DNA of 64,000 nt, from assembly GCA_903913915.1 (NCBI GenBank), contig CAIWNE010000033.1:3620-67619 (forward strand). Reading direction: 5' to 3'. This stretch comes from an uncultured Opitutia bacterium (GTDB lineage Bacteria > Verrucomicrobiota > Verrucomicrobiia > Opitutales > UBA953). Shown here in pieces: positions 60,801 to 62,026 of this stretch (its first letter is position 1; each line of letters starts with the position of its first letter). Below the pieces are notes generated by a model, which was given only the letters and a program-made list of their open reading frames with translations, was not told where the DNA came from and searched no databases. The position numbers and the translations under genes are program-made.

Positions 60801-60821
60801 TCGTGACTTCGAACTTTTCAT
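24876..60821 (-). CDS. Giant (~11,981 aa) secreted PATR / autotransporter-associated beta-strand repeat protein with C-terminal PEP-CTERM anchor
   Basis: One open frame of 35,946 nt. The track ORF begins at 60902, but the Sec signal peptide MKSSKSRPLFSRASLMVAAALLSVGVATTQPARA/ANLTW begins at ATG 60819-60821. The body is T/G/S/A/N/L/V-rich with many PATR-type units, for example LVKSGVGALVLTGANTYTGGTTIQAGSVQV, LTKAGSGTLTLATTTSYLGSTTVANGRLVL and KTGSGIWTLSGANTYSVATAINGGTLQ. It ends ...ITLTAVPEPSTYGIGLGALALAAAAIRRRRRQEKKA*. Confidence 0.9.
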   Translation of the reverse strand: MKSSKSRPLFSRASLMVAAALLSVGVATTQPARAANLTWSQQNGSTGSGWNWNSGSNWVGGTAFPDAIGDTANLNVSIASAQTVALNKLVKLGTFNLGDTNSASAFTVAGGLQSNVANGTVVAGYLLMDGVGSTPVTITKSGTVLDTISAGVMFNDALTITAATANGSNTTLSITGGLRSAISDLHLAGSGRISVGSMITTAGNLYIDGSATGGSVLLSTAVLTYGGSTTIGNGTNWSQLIFGAASVTPLHTNVTVNTGSTLNLNSYAQTIGSLAGSGTVTNSSTTAAVLTLGRDDFTNSVFTGTLTSVNGTSLALTKVGAGTFTLRPTASSTYTGATTLNGGTFVLDYASGQALTSSLGVVTTNTASTTVTVSSTAGLAVGMLLSGTPFTGSQYVASITDATHFVASAVPNASGTYVTGVAATSSSLMSVGASTGGTLAVAGGNFSLLGKAGLAASQSLGAVTLGLGGGTIGLTGGDATGTKLTLGAIGMTTSGGALLVSAPLNSTATPTTVFSTTGVANGIIGAGRAVFFDGTNYNWLTTSTTTGSLLAGLSSTPSSNQVSLGSITTTASATVTLAAQTTITGGATTAGSTTVTVGSIAGLSANMGISGAGIPAGSVITSVGTTTVTISQPAYSTASGQTYKAGGTAGLQVGMNITGSGSTIPAGAVVSSITDGVTFVLSSAATAGTATLTGSNYLVLPNTGGVATVNYLQTGPLTLAGSVAAGTIKIAGAAGTDALALGATNTLTVNNGILFTGSTNYAISGSGTTGQIITGNAAGTYDLILQQYSTGVVTLSAGVANNGTNPVTLVKAGPGALVLSGNNSFTGAVTVDGGSLSFSSVAASGAGTLGLGVATAVNLRDGSTLIYTGATGTLASGTTADSHTFNLIGGNANIFVSTPGVTLTLAGVVSGSGGLTVLGPSAITLGNGSGILKLSGANTFQGPLVLNEGSQLQNGASSGGSTPGTAGSNPVGNNLNPMVMKGQTTFDLNGYYASPGSISASWGTPVSLTSAVTNSTTTVTVASTAGLLPGMFVSGSTDIPANTTIASITNGTTLVLSTAALGTHSGLTLSAVGVPIVTNSSGTVQTFRVGSDLTSYSVFAGRFTNGTSSTGNTFTHVGPGVIVMNMPVTSTWTGNTYLDGGTIQIASGAGQQFSTGSTLYINNSAFPAIFDINGTNQSIGGLNFYNSSANANSQATLLLGSGTLTMTSNLSVNSQYNTQQALISGTSGLGVLSLGSSAQRTFTVYKSNLLLPTEPELVIDAIISGAGTGILKTGGGTMELRGEVQISGTTYTNRFDAGLTILNYLTATNRLNSAAAIELRGGSVSLLGNSSSAVVQNVAGLTLPSLATGNTGAYSAISLTTNNGQSLVLNLGPIISRLAGTVRLTLPSGTQSSANGITTTTANDVFTGMVGVLGAAATVTDGSGVTSFATTVTTAGFATGGNIVAVNTLGKDDVTTWNNADNVSDVTGFTGIVATPISLSSLRFNARANSTLTISDGVQLRLVSGGLLQTSSVASSTVNSLNSSVISGGSLGSSTRELFFAVDQGSLGSAGGNQNLVVSSYVGGSQAITKSGEGTVRLIGGANANDFSGLVQVQAGTIEVARTGRGGYGIGDTAQLVFSNQDSSSFSMVSDGPAIASGTYSLGSNVVTTGAQTTVASAATTAGSNLVTVASTVGLSLGLGISGNGIPPGTTIVGIQNGTTLVLSQPATATGSAQTLMAGGTAGLTVGMVITGSNIPMGGHVTSIVDGTTFTLDALTAGGTTQALFSGTPYTETIGSISGGNRQTNANYNYLKVGAGATLIINETVPTTFGGEINGLGNVMVQGNANLTLSNYSVSFGNLIIDRGSVQMAGSATNVALLYSGVTGGLTPSVYINRYGALYLDQSGTNQIFPTSQVLQLNSAAGSIAPSVYTVAGSIYPETRPLGLELRSSSGGSNTKTLGILSLASGANYITSYATSNSQPAYTFANLVRQNFSTPDFRGGRLGYRTSTVSLTTATLALNSAVVTGIADTSLITVGSVVTNANLPTAALASAVTTYGSNVVTVTSTANLKVGMGVAGMGVATGATVSSIAADGVSFTMSLPAIGTYSGNALAANTVVTAINSSSSVTLSNAATAAASGQTLVGSPIGNFVSTGFSKWAVTTPPSNAAWNTGSGGASGSTTVSIIPWMVGESWNGSIESTEYNMGNSFVTYDSGSVSLRVLDTTTEFANFAANIAGSNVRETLSANLSVTGSPTVNSLILHNNTLTSGSFSALGSAGNTLSLASGALMFTMNPWATPSSANGITLGGFDNIYLGGTGEYVISVMNPSSAAVTPQLTGTIASPLASSASITKTGRGTLVLAATNVAGGGSGRYQTTINEGTVRISSLANIGGSSGAIVFAGGTLQLANGFTDDLSSRVMTFAPAGGTIDTGTNSITLTNAIGSTTVTGTLSTVSNPQAIGVTLGSGGILVGMAVSGNGVPLGATVTNVPDNTSFGMSLNATLTGTSSVTVGSSPGGLTKAGSGTLTLATTTSYLGSTTVANGRLVLGGGPGNRISAAAALNLGTGSTSGVVQLGNASGSLNQTVSSLSSVTGVQRADLTIVDNGYLYLPGNLPILAFDAIGGLMGATAAQGYAVVSAAGKITDIVVTDPGAYIPGSAPVLSIATPSGTYGARAAVTTRALGSVNSNAIVGGNAANSTLTVLQDVGSTYTGSIGGTGPNENNLNFVKDGIGALTLSGSSFTYTGSTSVLGGRLNITGGASAPLATSAIKVAAGATLNLFNSAGQAINLGAGALELGTATAGSTYTGATLGFDIGGTSAYDSINTTGAATTANRVLINLTGIGALQAGTYNLITAGSGLSGATFSLGKLANFGGQAFSLATTDTAVSLTTTAFAGGVTDLYWKIGSDNSWSTFNKTNFYTNFTTDAAGSVNAQGFPGAANRVIFSASGASATSYASTLDVPFTVGGLVFTSTPTGVTSVAIGGGGPDINTLTIAPSVSSDGIAVQSNAGSITISAPIVLGAPQTWTIDGTGANGSTLTLAGNISGTATNGLTIRSSAGGVVTIAGTLANSLQTNYYFPPTNSWFGAGYSGTTTVDGAVLAAGAVNAFSPNSQVNLINGGILRIAGNIAYVGSLAGNGYVENNGPVASTLYVGTDNTDSTFSGTLRDGAALSLSLNKTGYGALTLSGTNTLSGNVTVGLGTLNLTGTLTGSTSSSILGQGAIPGNSVINVNGNVTLFSYQGASVAGASTAYNQTGGTVTLGTYSNNSNQFVASGAYGYFGLTGGLYTFGGGTGRFNLNNNTANSVGVGYVGGTGTLNNAGGDSWFIMAYQGTSQLTVGTGGTINRTGIVGGVIGLFLGTASAGTLNMTGGTFDTGTQGYLRYGNGGTLNNSMGMVNLDAGTLALGGTYSVSITTGTGDYGYTNFAGGTLKANAASTPLGTTSSLITFNNTVFGAIDNSAVAGAPSFVGGIKVDTNNFVVTLPNLAPASGYGVTQANLSVIGGAGYIGAPAVVFSSANVAPGGSPAAGYAIMSNGSVAGIVITSPGTYLAGTTPTVTLLGGGGYGASVTIPSALSTLNDTTGGLTKLGLGTLTFNGVNSLTGLTTLGFGNGNITVSSGGLINASTFANVNIGRQMTVATGGALSVDSLAALARLQRFVNGTSTGAISLTSATSAANLDFSSAGPLFLPSMSLGASGADLTYTGTLTPYIPGSYRLGGGGNTLNYQTAIGGGVSGNVSIVGNYVTLTGSNTFTGGLLLTSTGGFTVLPGTVSANFGLSPGGLISTGGTIRWATGATTDITSGLGAIPGGISMPSGTLTFDTNGNNVTLAGSIGNVTGAGSGRNSTSGNFTKAGLGTLTLAGANTFTGATSVSAGTLVLANSDALSRSSITSLSGSLVFDQSVSSHVFNVGGLNIATNLTLADNASTPNAITLRVGGGGVSSAYTGVLSGAGGNLVKLGYDTFTLSTNQTYTGSTTIGTGSPGPSATSVNSMSELRLSFGASGATATNLLPSTTALVFGGTSPLQNTSPTASQVVAASIGGGALTLLGSTGAVAQTVASTTIGAGASTINLSNNATSYAMTLSLGAITRSAGGTLVIMQPQGGPLATSGLSTSTGSANALLVDTNGTAYAVVGAYNSVWGSQATDWAAKSTSGNILVAPGTTGTAATTVAYTASIATTTAPGTAANVDFQVSNSTAWNTQTIASFRNNAGTAANLNIAAGQTLTISSGGILVGNSAASSSLGTVVGQGTIVPGAGRELVIFNTGNNLTINSVLGESGSGITDVTYRGALWNGVYTKNSVIINANNTYTGNTYISGERVYLTSSSVTTPFGAGTNGNVYIFGNNGGQFYFNQPITLTRNWYVTGGGWAETNANVSHGVLRIDNGANLAGNLNLMGDSAIRAQTGTGIISAKLFGNYAIYANSGYGDGTINFTADNTGWAGSYTIGSGAYRFDTVANMGSPTVVNLGTYGSIIPGFAGSIQSALIPLIGYGSGGTIALRTTTAGENLDFRSLNASGLFLGANDNITYTGTLTPYSVNGQATYRLGGGGGTLTYAGNITGNAAVVLAGGSASNATTGTSYGTIILTGNNTYTGGTNLGAGYTYANVQTPATTTPFSVFGNGPMVFQSLNGQFQLNSAVLPANADFTAAPNISSITISSGTLYFSTNGVGTGTVGGGATTSGLTNVTVSSTAGLSAGMYISGTGIPNGTKIASITDGTTLVISQPATAAGSAQTYTTSVPVVFTKGLGNYGSGSFQKEGNGFLQINATQTYAGNTYVNAGTLLLNTWNPFNIGWSAPSLAANTNALVGPNNVGGATLQLNTNVSIGSLQSTNTTSTSQSAGIVNLNGYSLTLTGAGSGNFAGWIYGGVGAVGSGGLTKIGSASQTLSGVQTANYTGATTVLGGTLLLDWSGVSSSGAILNSASPLVLGGGTLSLKNSGSSGVRSQAFASLTLQPGGSVIANSLNGGTSLSMVLNGITRNVGSALDLQVSATNIGTGTITTTNTNGSGAILGGYATVNSGAGFAAVTGGVIGALGSYNAGFASGTDVDAGSAPATTGGVTSVNSLRFNAVSTVALTLPTGFTIASGGLLVTPTVAANTVTLNGGTITSGSSDLVLHQWDSNGSGGLVINSQITGSIGVTKAGSGTVAFNNAGNNYTGNTVLSGSGAVTYGATGAFSTGTVSLLSGSQLIIAAGTTLTNNVVIGNNYGVSGQGAFYMTAAAGSGIINGTVRVMNNPAAGGIFGTAGATLYFNGQVNADPGQTVSSRIGNVVFSGGGTMDFFDLYQGNMYLGANNGLATATNAGAGTWPVLEIGTSATSVFDLSGFSQTVGGLTRYSGNAATVTNTGATLSTITLKVDPANGAGSTGDYTFAGNFTGNVAVVKSGLGTQTLSGANSHLGGTTVNAGTLKLGNAAALGGDTGFDGALTVNGGTLDFNGVASVAISTLSGSGGVITDAGVLGGVSVLSVASDSSSSYAGAINDGSTRQLALFKDGSGRLTLSGNSTYSGVTNLYAGVINIQANNALGTAVGATVVANGAALEVQGGITSPEPLTVSGTGVSATTGVIRNISGTNTITGLVTLAADSRLNSDAGSLTLSGGVTGSNVNLTTSGVGALALGNLTLGTGGITKVDVGTLSLQGAGSFSGSVVINAGTLNLRNATALGSASSVSIDASAALQVQGGVSVAAVAVTSPILWNVADANTWAGNLTAQNGGAFTLRSDAGLLTITGNVNAQSADTTRQAVVFTGSGNGVLATALVGASGVTKTGSGIWTLSGANTYSVATAINGGTLQAGANSAFSPNSAVTLANVAGATLDLNGTTQTIPTLNGVGATSAALTLGSTGVLTTGANSSFDGSVAGSGSSGIVKAGAGTFTLGGPITGTVALSANGGTMIVNGVTDATVTASVASGAKLGGKGTLAGTVTVASGGTLLAGDGASGSLTVGSLVLGAATADTASLRFFNIDLGSSASRIAAGAITANGGSGSVSVYATFGGVLANGTYDLLTYSSLSDHTVFTVPNGSITGLSARQTATLVDDLTSKISLQIAGDSPKWAGVLADNTTADNVWHVATTHGAGAMNFRLSGAVATDFWSQDAVRFDDSAGAGFTTVQLSEGNVDPISVVIDNSTLSYFFGGAYGITGGASLTKSGTGSATFNNPNSLSGLVTVNAGSLVFNASNTFGGGIVVNGGTLRLNAANALSGDLAIRNDGAIVLGAAGAIDVGNALTFGPASTGVFSLNGNAATLVGLATNATVGTPTVQNGGSAASVLTLSLAGANNFGGIFADGSSGALALVKSGVGALVLTGANTYTGGTTIQAGSVQVGVGGALPGSVVISSGASLVFARGDTSTFAGTTSGNGSVTAQGGGTLIVTNSLAHAGGTVIATGETLQLGTGGSIGGAGAISNSGLLSVNLSGTATIGSAINGSGNLSVDAGTLVLTGANGFLGSTTIASGATLQLGGSGTLGGALSVTDNGTLIIARSGSYALTTAVNGTGDFVSAMTGSGILTLSGSNGYSGTTYVRSGNLVVGAASAWANSTSLVLGSVGNGATLDLNGTSKTLVSLGTAGTAASQTVTNSAVGTSTLTFAGAGTVTFGGVFVEPDSTRKIGITFTGGGTLQFNTANTYTGGTVIGSGTAKLGANNAFSVGAITLGGTGTAGVLDLNGFTQTVSSLTVGAGATASAQIVGNSSTTADGSFVYAGANATFAGTIQDVLGSGTKKTGLTVNGAGTLTLTGANSYSGNSVIASTAGLQIGAGSTVGTLGGGSIANSGSLTFNRSDAYTLPASTVVTGNGSITLASAGALATSADGQFNTTGALYLGPSLGSSVLSSLDLTNGGITVGTFQARGSNALSSTVTIGAGKTMNVGGNFTVGYNPVVASGYTNLVMTGGGALAVTSAGSIFQVGGSTGATYGNTVVLDLQGLSSFSANIGAAGAFYVSNQTSTNISTNFATMYFPIPSGVTASTPVTFIRGSSFNVGNQQGYNGGSNPNSVVQFGSGLTTLNVNTVNIGTGGRDVASVTFNPAATNGAIKLRAYDGVSRAALNINTGNASTGTAGANHLVDFNGHNADLYVSTFALGSSARSATQTTTFNFNLGILDATTATFADDRGTSAYTGSNPLTFNWNIGGGTTLIGSGALAMGTVTDSFLGAANTIIGNLNISAGTVTIGNTGSFSIQLGKNTTTASVATTDNVTITGGTVTLAGNIIKGSTVFTTANFTLNGGTLDMTGHAIGTVYPLDTLSLQSGTLKNVTGFNVTGTLTKSGSGTLVLDGTNTFVTPLTVSAGTLQVGAGSASGTLGATASTLTNNAALVFNRTGSYSTSGIINGTGTLTNSGSGTVTLLGNNAYSGATTVSAGILSIGHANALGTTAAGTTVAAGASLELQGGIAVGAEALSVAGTGSASNGALRNLSGTNTFGGTVTLAGNATVQSDAGTLTLSNASAIVAGANVLTFAGAGNTVVSGTVTGSTAALAMSGSGKVTLSGSNVFDGLTTVSSGVLSIAHANALGTAVAGTVVNAGGSLELQGNITVVSESLSIAGSGSATNGALRNLSGANTFGGPVVLAAASTIQSDAGSLTLTAGTSVDLAGNVLTVAGSGNTSVSGAIVGDAGSLIKNGNGTLTLSGTNTYKAGTTINAGTLALGGSSVFDDTSSVTVAGGTLSVGANNETVGGLIISSGSITSSGSGSLSSTTDVDARAGTVSGVLAGSAGLTKTTNGTLTLSGANTFAGAVNVNGGKVSFTTGANLGGNAATNVVNVNGATLSYAGTGAAALGANQVLVPGASGATVELVSKTGVLTVPNLNSTAAANLTKTGQGTLTVTNTANLNGGAVTVSLGRMNAGFSSSGVSAINVASSAALNLFDGNAVALGGVALNLGNEASLGFDISLANSGTNDSIVLSSRPTLGTLTALNLNNLGGAPTPGTYTLMTSGAGGLDATTWILGSAPAGLNYQIATDGNTLTVTSSLIQNRYYKGATSASWSSNAGGITNWATDSTGLVDLGALPLATDSIFFSAATVTGSAFAVTLDGNQTVDSLTFTGVPSGVASFAISQGTSGTLTIAPGSSTNGILVGDNAGLVTISAPVVATGAQTWTVTGVGASALTLSGSVNFAGPIAKAGAGALTLSGANTGNGGISLTAGTLNLGSASALGTGVFKVSSGVTLNNTSGAALALTTANPMQWFQGFTFTGTQSLDLGAGAVTLRDVPVLTVSANTLTVGGAIDDGVLNVGLTKLGAGNLVLNGTSLFGGAGNTVDVQAGMLTFGSDAALGDPANTVTLTVNGTSGVGLRATGTVTSARTFNLNAAADSIAVPQGSSLTLTSPFVLSSATNTLYKNELGTLVLSAANTGWTGGIQVNSGAVRLANPAAAGTGSVLVSPNAWWTGSALQLAGGGTFANPVTLQGQTAQPLGGINFGGQLESFSGVNTITGLISMPYGAVIGSDAGSTLNIRGGIYNSLTNLSTLSFVGNGDFVLGSPALTVASGTQFGTITKYGTGTFTMTSANTGAIVDPSSYLWIKQGTLTLNSNAAWRSAIYIDVGASVIVDNSTTNNDTGRLGLAGSAFNVTFRGGNFTLLGNINTDAHQTLDNFQTPTFGRGVTTLTVVDQSAFFQQAILAFRGSAWTNGAQAQNSSTASTGASLLMRGIGLAPGNTRASIQLAGAPGYAGETGANGTPNRAILPWAVVDLSTVGTAPAQTNTTADVASGVTTLTLPAAAVAGIVPGVSISGPGIPVGTKVTSVNYAGIITISAAPTATTPGASITLGSGVAFASTSSGGINTYFRPLSADPVALEYEVDPTTIAGFINGSTLDSNVLLDNGATATVVANSKRNSLTFDLSSNLSIANGARLSLNSGGILVRPGTASTISGGTLYQTNDLPDINLWTFGDLTLATSLAGGNGQSASAFSMVKAGGGTLFLSPPTSAISGLSGLSTNSLTGQFSLNAGTVKFSSGLKNGIAPNNYFAGIGGTLDLNGGSQMIYGLFNDNLVAGVGTTITSSSGTGNLVLNTDGRNFSGTIIGNVNFAKSNSGALVLFGNNTYVGGTLLNAGTTTLQDDGAFSGTSQLDLNYATLTLDNNVGTHNVLNRINDTAPVNLRGATFNFTGRAGIPSSESLGTVSIAQGTSLIFNAAGTVPLSVNTTSGSALVTLAGTGATTAGLVVGQLVNGGGWTNATISAINSSTTFTVNSNATATASAAGLTLTVPVFEAGSADLNIANLVRNPGDGTVLFREYKATSLGNVPKITLGQVNGVSTANPANVLTNGILGGWAVFDFTVYPSEWASYSPTLGVGYLGQAGFPGYSANTSITNTSLATENIKLVAGTSTLTQDVTINSLNTQNVAGIVIDIAAGKTLTIGTGGILSFNNNAWNISTTLNQGFLTSGTSELLLYSQGNTGETINAVISGNIALVKSGAGPAVIAGNPTYTGGTTLNQGTLTFNTTANVPLAADITKGLVINNSTFTVNKPNQIAPGNIVTLNGGSLLFYFGNSTQEGIVINNIGGTQYPDVRSWSANNATGLSAGSLTQNSAAVTVASTSGLFAGMGITGPGIPVGTVIASVDSGTGLTLSQPATTTASGLTFSAGGNAGILTIGGHGVVVTASNPGVIANMEGRFDFGSAGNTINVSGLTTNGVTDIEPLRAELTIEGIVGSSGGITKTGNGVLQFNAQSAFTGTFTVAAGGIKNGVLNAGSRYATLNLQAAGRYDLNNLSTSWGGLSGSGDVFNSVLGTPTLNVGFNNADTTFAGRFMRFNDSAYPLITKVGTGTLTLTAAEPDTASYGAISVNGGRLVYSGAGQAFVSSASANSVFNAYAGGALVADNGVANVNNRFGGALGGTLNVQGGVVSVLGSSSASTTESFLNLNAINGGGRIELTPGSGQALNFAVTNLNYAGATVNATTISGNANVTVPSTAGLAVGMFVSGNAAIPSGATITAITGATTFTLSSNPTAAITGQPLNFSTGTGSLVIAGLGNGVNLSIANASLSAGQGGGANGSTNMSVRGDILADASVSGNGTGFLVQDTSTNAWRALGASELNTNPTTWTATQNAGVTGAQGLLVSTSANTVTFSGSTSSLGASFSPAIYGGFGVAGDRLTLSLAGASAVLVTDGVASLTTGSVVGTAVTSPVFHVLAGATLNVTGFLGLNSPNGFVKADGGTMNLAAPSYAFGIPNGSVASSTLVTVDGGRLNLASGVDNTLTVVGTTASATLTFLSVNGPSTIVDLGANNQVVRGLASSNVLPGMGGTVTGSAGATLTTTDNSTFGGVLAGAMGFARSGNSTTVLTSANTYTGPTSVRGGTLQLRDAGSVAASSAVSLYQGILNWDNYGLNPVVNPVRIGATTPVLLNGGTLTINGSGSVDTVVNLGTVTSAFGSNQLNTAPYIREGSTNVITIANFVRNAGTMVNFNGWDYNNYPSGINTMGSAGLSAASKVFLSNVNGTAFSASQMTNNIVGGWAIADGSTFATYTDTYGLSQMGATYNGFSAPGFTGTDISAATVSTGNYNDGAATRTVTGPHSAYTWRFSAGSTQAYTFPTGSPITLGVGIVTNNGNAISMQAADATSYLTSAGSELFMYYNQGTMTLNMRLTGNMNVIRSGGGTFTMGNATAAGNNDYNGTTYLLGGTTNLSASGNWTLIPGDLVIGGIASSGNVTVTMNTYAQQIAAASNVTLNGGATLTLVGTNVLNSLTFQNDGAMSNPTVATATMLQLSAANAITATNNSYVTTPVISGTALQFVSTAPAITVNAGLTETGLLISAPITQSGQMVSLTKAGAGVLALSGANTFSAPFNLNGGTLMIAGNTVLAGSVITSSPIGTGTFNIGAGTTLNTDGTARTLNNAVNVLGDFAFGGRLNGSNITLAGAINLGGAGRTISVTSPAVTATLNGVLTSTAGNGSTGLTKSGNGILVLTGATTDASLGGAGVTVAAGLLRSGVLNAIPATSLLTVNAGAGFDLNGNSQTSNAIAGGGFFTNSSAYTPAILTVGGSSDLTFAGSFGDNSLAGYGTLGLTKAGSGKLTLTSKNYEAGDTVISGGILELTADGSLGTSRVYINSGAVLRINRTADLSFTNSLNDVGYFRQAGNSVTTLVRDNSSYYGRFYVDAGTLQVGDGTSATQSANLGGADKVVIASGATLKFNVSQQYDSSITIEGAGDIVQQSNALLNLMPLNSAFTGRAFVNHGTMNVAGNATFAAATSIEVESGATFQVGAPGNVGTSSHGVALTLNGGTADATLYTGYLAGVTLNGGTLTSDPVSSATPSWMLLGDVTVTDDSTISAYNVATNGASRDFNVSAGKHLWLTGSLIDAGLGQRTGFTKSGAGDMSLYSAATFTGDVAVNGGALRIEAIDGLLAPTVLTIGSAGTVTLSAGSFASSIGNSATGIVANINGLLDVRANGQAFLGAVQMGGGTIAGSATGLVTLLDNVNVTADSTISALNVSTAGVSRDFTVASAKTLTVSGALLDDVAFGPTSFVKKGAGVMRFTGGNANEFTGNVEVAAGTLRVDDVGHVGAQTGWHALGDYTVGAAVLVDTGATLALAFGGNYAFSNAVSGTGNLTIEGPGVVTMNSDNSTFTGVTTLAGGRAIISDLGVPTAGGLGSFGGADQSDASTLVFGGGFLEYTGSAHFTRKVTVANGGAGFYANASNSAPFLVDGTSQFAFDATTASARPLMLSGDSVLANKFTATALGSPAAGQAFSSIIKDGVGQWIIGGSGNLLNSDAEVSVNGGVLGFYLNGLGLNGSTGNINLANSTTLRWESTNNQDVGSRLKVADGATATIKFDNTTSATTFANGFSFVGGPNAGTGSLVKSGAGELILAAANTFSGGLNVAEGKVTVNHSSALGSGAATVSNTGTLVINQTVANDIHVTGNGTTGGTLVSATQLGNVDVGNHGTVARGASIGSFSATSLTLAGGARLEFKIWDINTQVAGVGYDQYAFGNLDLSGASSVNKVVIKLVSMSDATTLGAAGNLSLLQGASGIQHFGFGTYDPTHLNLGTNTNVNDLFTFDTSQFRYTGGAASAASLWSIDFNAANGAITLTAVPEPSTYGIGLGALALAAAAIRRRRRQEKKA
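24879..24971 (-). other. PEP-CTERM sorting signal (exosortase recognition) of the giant protein
   Basis: The last 31 codons encode VPEPSTYGIGLGALALAAAAIRRRRRQEKKA: a PEP motif, a hydrophobic helix and an Arg-rich tail, which is the textbook PEP-CTERM layout. Confidence 0.85.
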
Positions 60822-60904
60822 TAGAATAAATTGTGGGAGGCCACCGGGCGGTGACATCAAATGGGGGTAAGGAAAATCTTGGGGTAACGACCCCATAGGC
60901 ACAA

Positions 60905-61110
60905 TCGTTTTTGCCCGTTTTTAGCCCGAACTAGGGCTTAAACGGCATCTAAACTGAGGGTTTTAATTTATTTGTTAAAATTGCGTTAAATTCGGCGTTA
61001 AATGGCGTAAAAAAGATGGAAGAATCATAAAGTCATCATTTGGAATCATAAAAAGTTATTCACAGGCCATTTAATCGACAGCCGCTGAATGTGACCAAAA
61101 ATAAACAAGA
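60905..61110 (-). promoter_or_regulatory. AT-rich upstream island of the giant gene with phased direct repeats (putative promoter/operator region)
   Basis: Hand count gives 16/60 G+C for 60961-61020 and 18/60 for 61021-61080, against a much more GC-rich background. GCGTTAAAT occurs at 60983-60991 and 60995-61003, with degenerate copies on both sides. GAATCATAAA occurs at 61022-61031 and 61043-61052, 21 bp apart. I could not call clear -35/-10 hexamers. Confidence 0.45.
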
Positions 61111-61238
61111 ACCCAGACCGAGACGATATCGTACCGGTGGAAATAGGCCCGCGAGCGAAGCGGAACGACCGACCAGCCTAACCCCATCCTTACCCTCTGG
61201 CATTTTGCCCTACCCCGCCTTGCGGAGCCCTTAAACGG

Positions 61239-61904
61239 TCACTTTACCCACTGCTTCAGGGCCGTAAACCACTTGGCGGCCATCTTTTCGGCCCCTTGGG
61301 CGTTCGGATGGACCTTATCCAGGATGGTATCCTTCTGCGGATCGAAACCGGTGAACTGATCGACGACCATGACCGGGGCTTCAGGCCGGCTGAGCTCGCG
61401 GGCGAGCAGCACCTCGGCCTGGTTGAGCTCGGGGAGGTAGGCGTACTTCGGCAGCTTGCCGCTGGCGATGACCTGCGCGAGCAGGACGACGACCTTGGGG
61501 TTCTGTTTGCGCGCCGCCTCGATGATCGCGCGTTCGGCGGCGATGATGCCAGGCACGGGCTTCTCTTCCGCGGAATGATTGTGCCCGCAGTGCAGCAGGA
61601 TGATGTCGGGCTTGGCCTGCTTGAGCCGCTGCGGCATGATGCCGGCGAGGAATTCCGCGTTCTTGCCGCCATAGCCCTCGTGCCAGAGCGGGCCGTCCGG
61701 CCCCTCGCTCTGCTGCGAACCGACGAACACGTAATTCGCGCCGGCGGCGCGCAGCTTCTGGTCGAGAGGCAGGCGGTAGGTCACGAACGTCTTGCCTCCC
61801 TGCGTGATCGAATCACCGACCGGCATGATGCGCACCGGCTCGGCGGCGGCGCCGAGAACGTCGGCGACGAGACAGAGGATGGCGGAGAAAAGCATTGTTT
61901 TCAT
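61239..61904 (-). CDS. Secreted SGNH/GDSL-family hydrolase (esterase)
   Basis: 221 aa with signal MKTMLFSAILCLVADVLGAAAE. The SGNH blocks are block I IMPVGDSITQG, block II YGGKN, block III LLHCGHN and block V DKVHPNAQG. Confidence 0.85.
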   Translation of the reverse strand: MKTMLFSAILCLVADVLGAAAEPVRIMPVGDSITQGGKTFVTYRLPLDQKLRAAGANYVFVGSQQSEGPDGPLWHEGYGGKNAEFLAGIMPQRLKQAKPDIILLHCGHNHSAEEKPVPGIIAAERAIIEAARKQNPKVVVLLAQVIASGKLPKYAYLPELNQAEVLLARELSRPEAPVMVVDQFTGFDPQKDTILDKVHPNAQGAEKMAAKWFTALKQWVK

Positions 61905-62026
61905 TGGTCAAAACGATGAGGCGCGGACGGCATCGGAAGCGTCGTCACACGGAAGACTAACGACCGGCCGCGACTTGCCAACCCCGCAAAGGCCAGGCAG
62001 CCCGCATGACGCAGGGCGGCCGAGGA

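Noticed and set aside
24876-60821. Classifying the giant protein as a classical type Va autotransporter, or the locus as a CRISPR-like or other non-coding repeat array.
   Set aside because: There is no C-terminal beta-barrel translocator, and the tail is PEP-CTERM. The repeats are in-frame, degenerate coding repeats of about 30 and 140 aa. They lack the identical direct repeats and unique spacers of a CRISPR array.
60822-60902. N-terminal extension of the giant ORF (MPMGSLPQDFPYPHLMSPPGGLPQFIL) and similar upstream extensions of other track ORFs, for example 1417, 9590, 10456, 10386, 12350, 14762, 14757, 15992, 18494 and 24827.
   Set aside because: In each case an internal Met immediately precedes a canonical signal peptide or the conserved family N-terminus (HemE MNSRDRF..., HemF MNPDLV...). 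The extensions have no family support and often overlap the neighbouring gene or the intergenic repeats.
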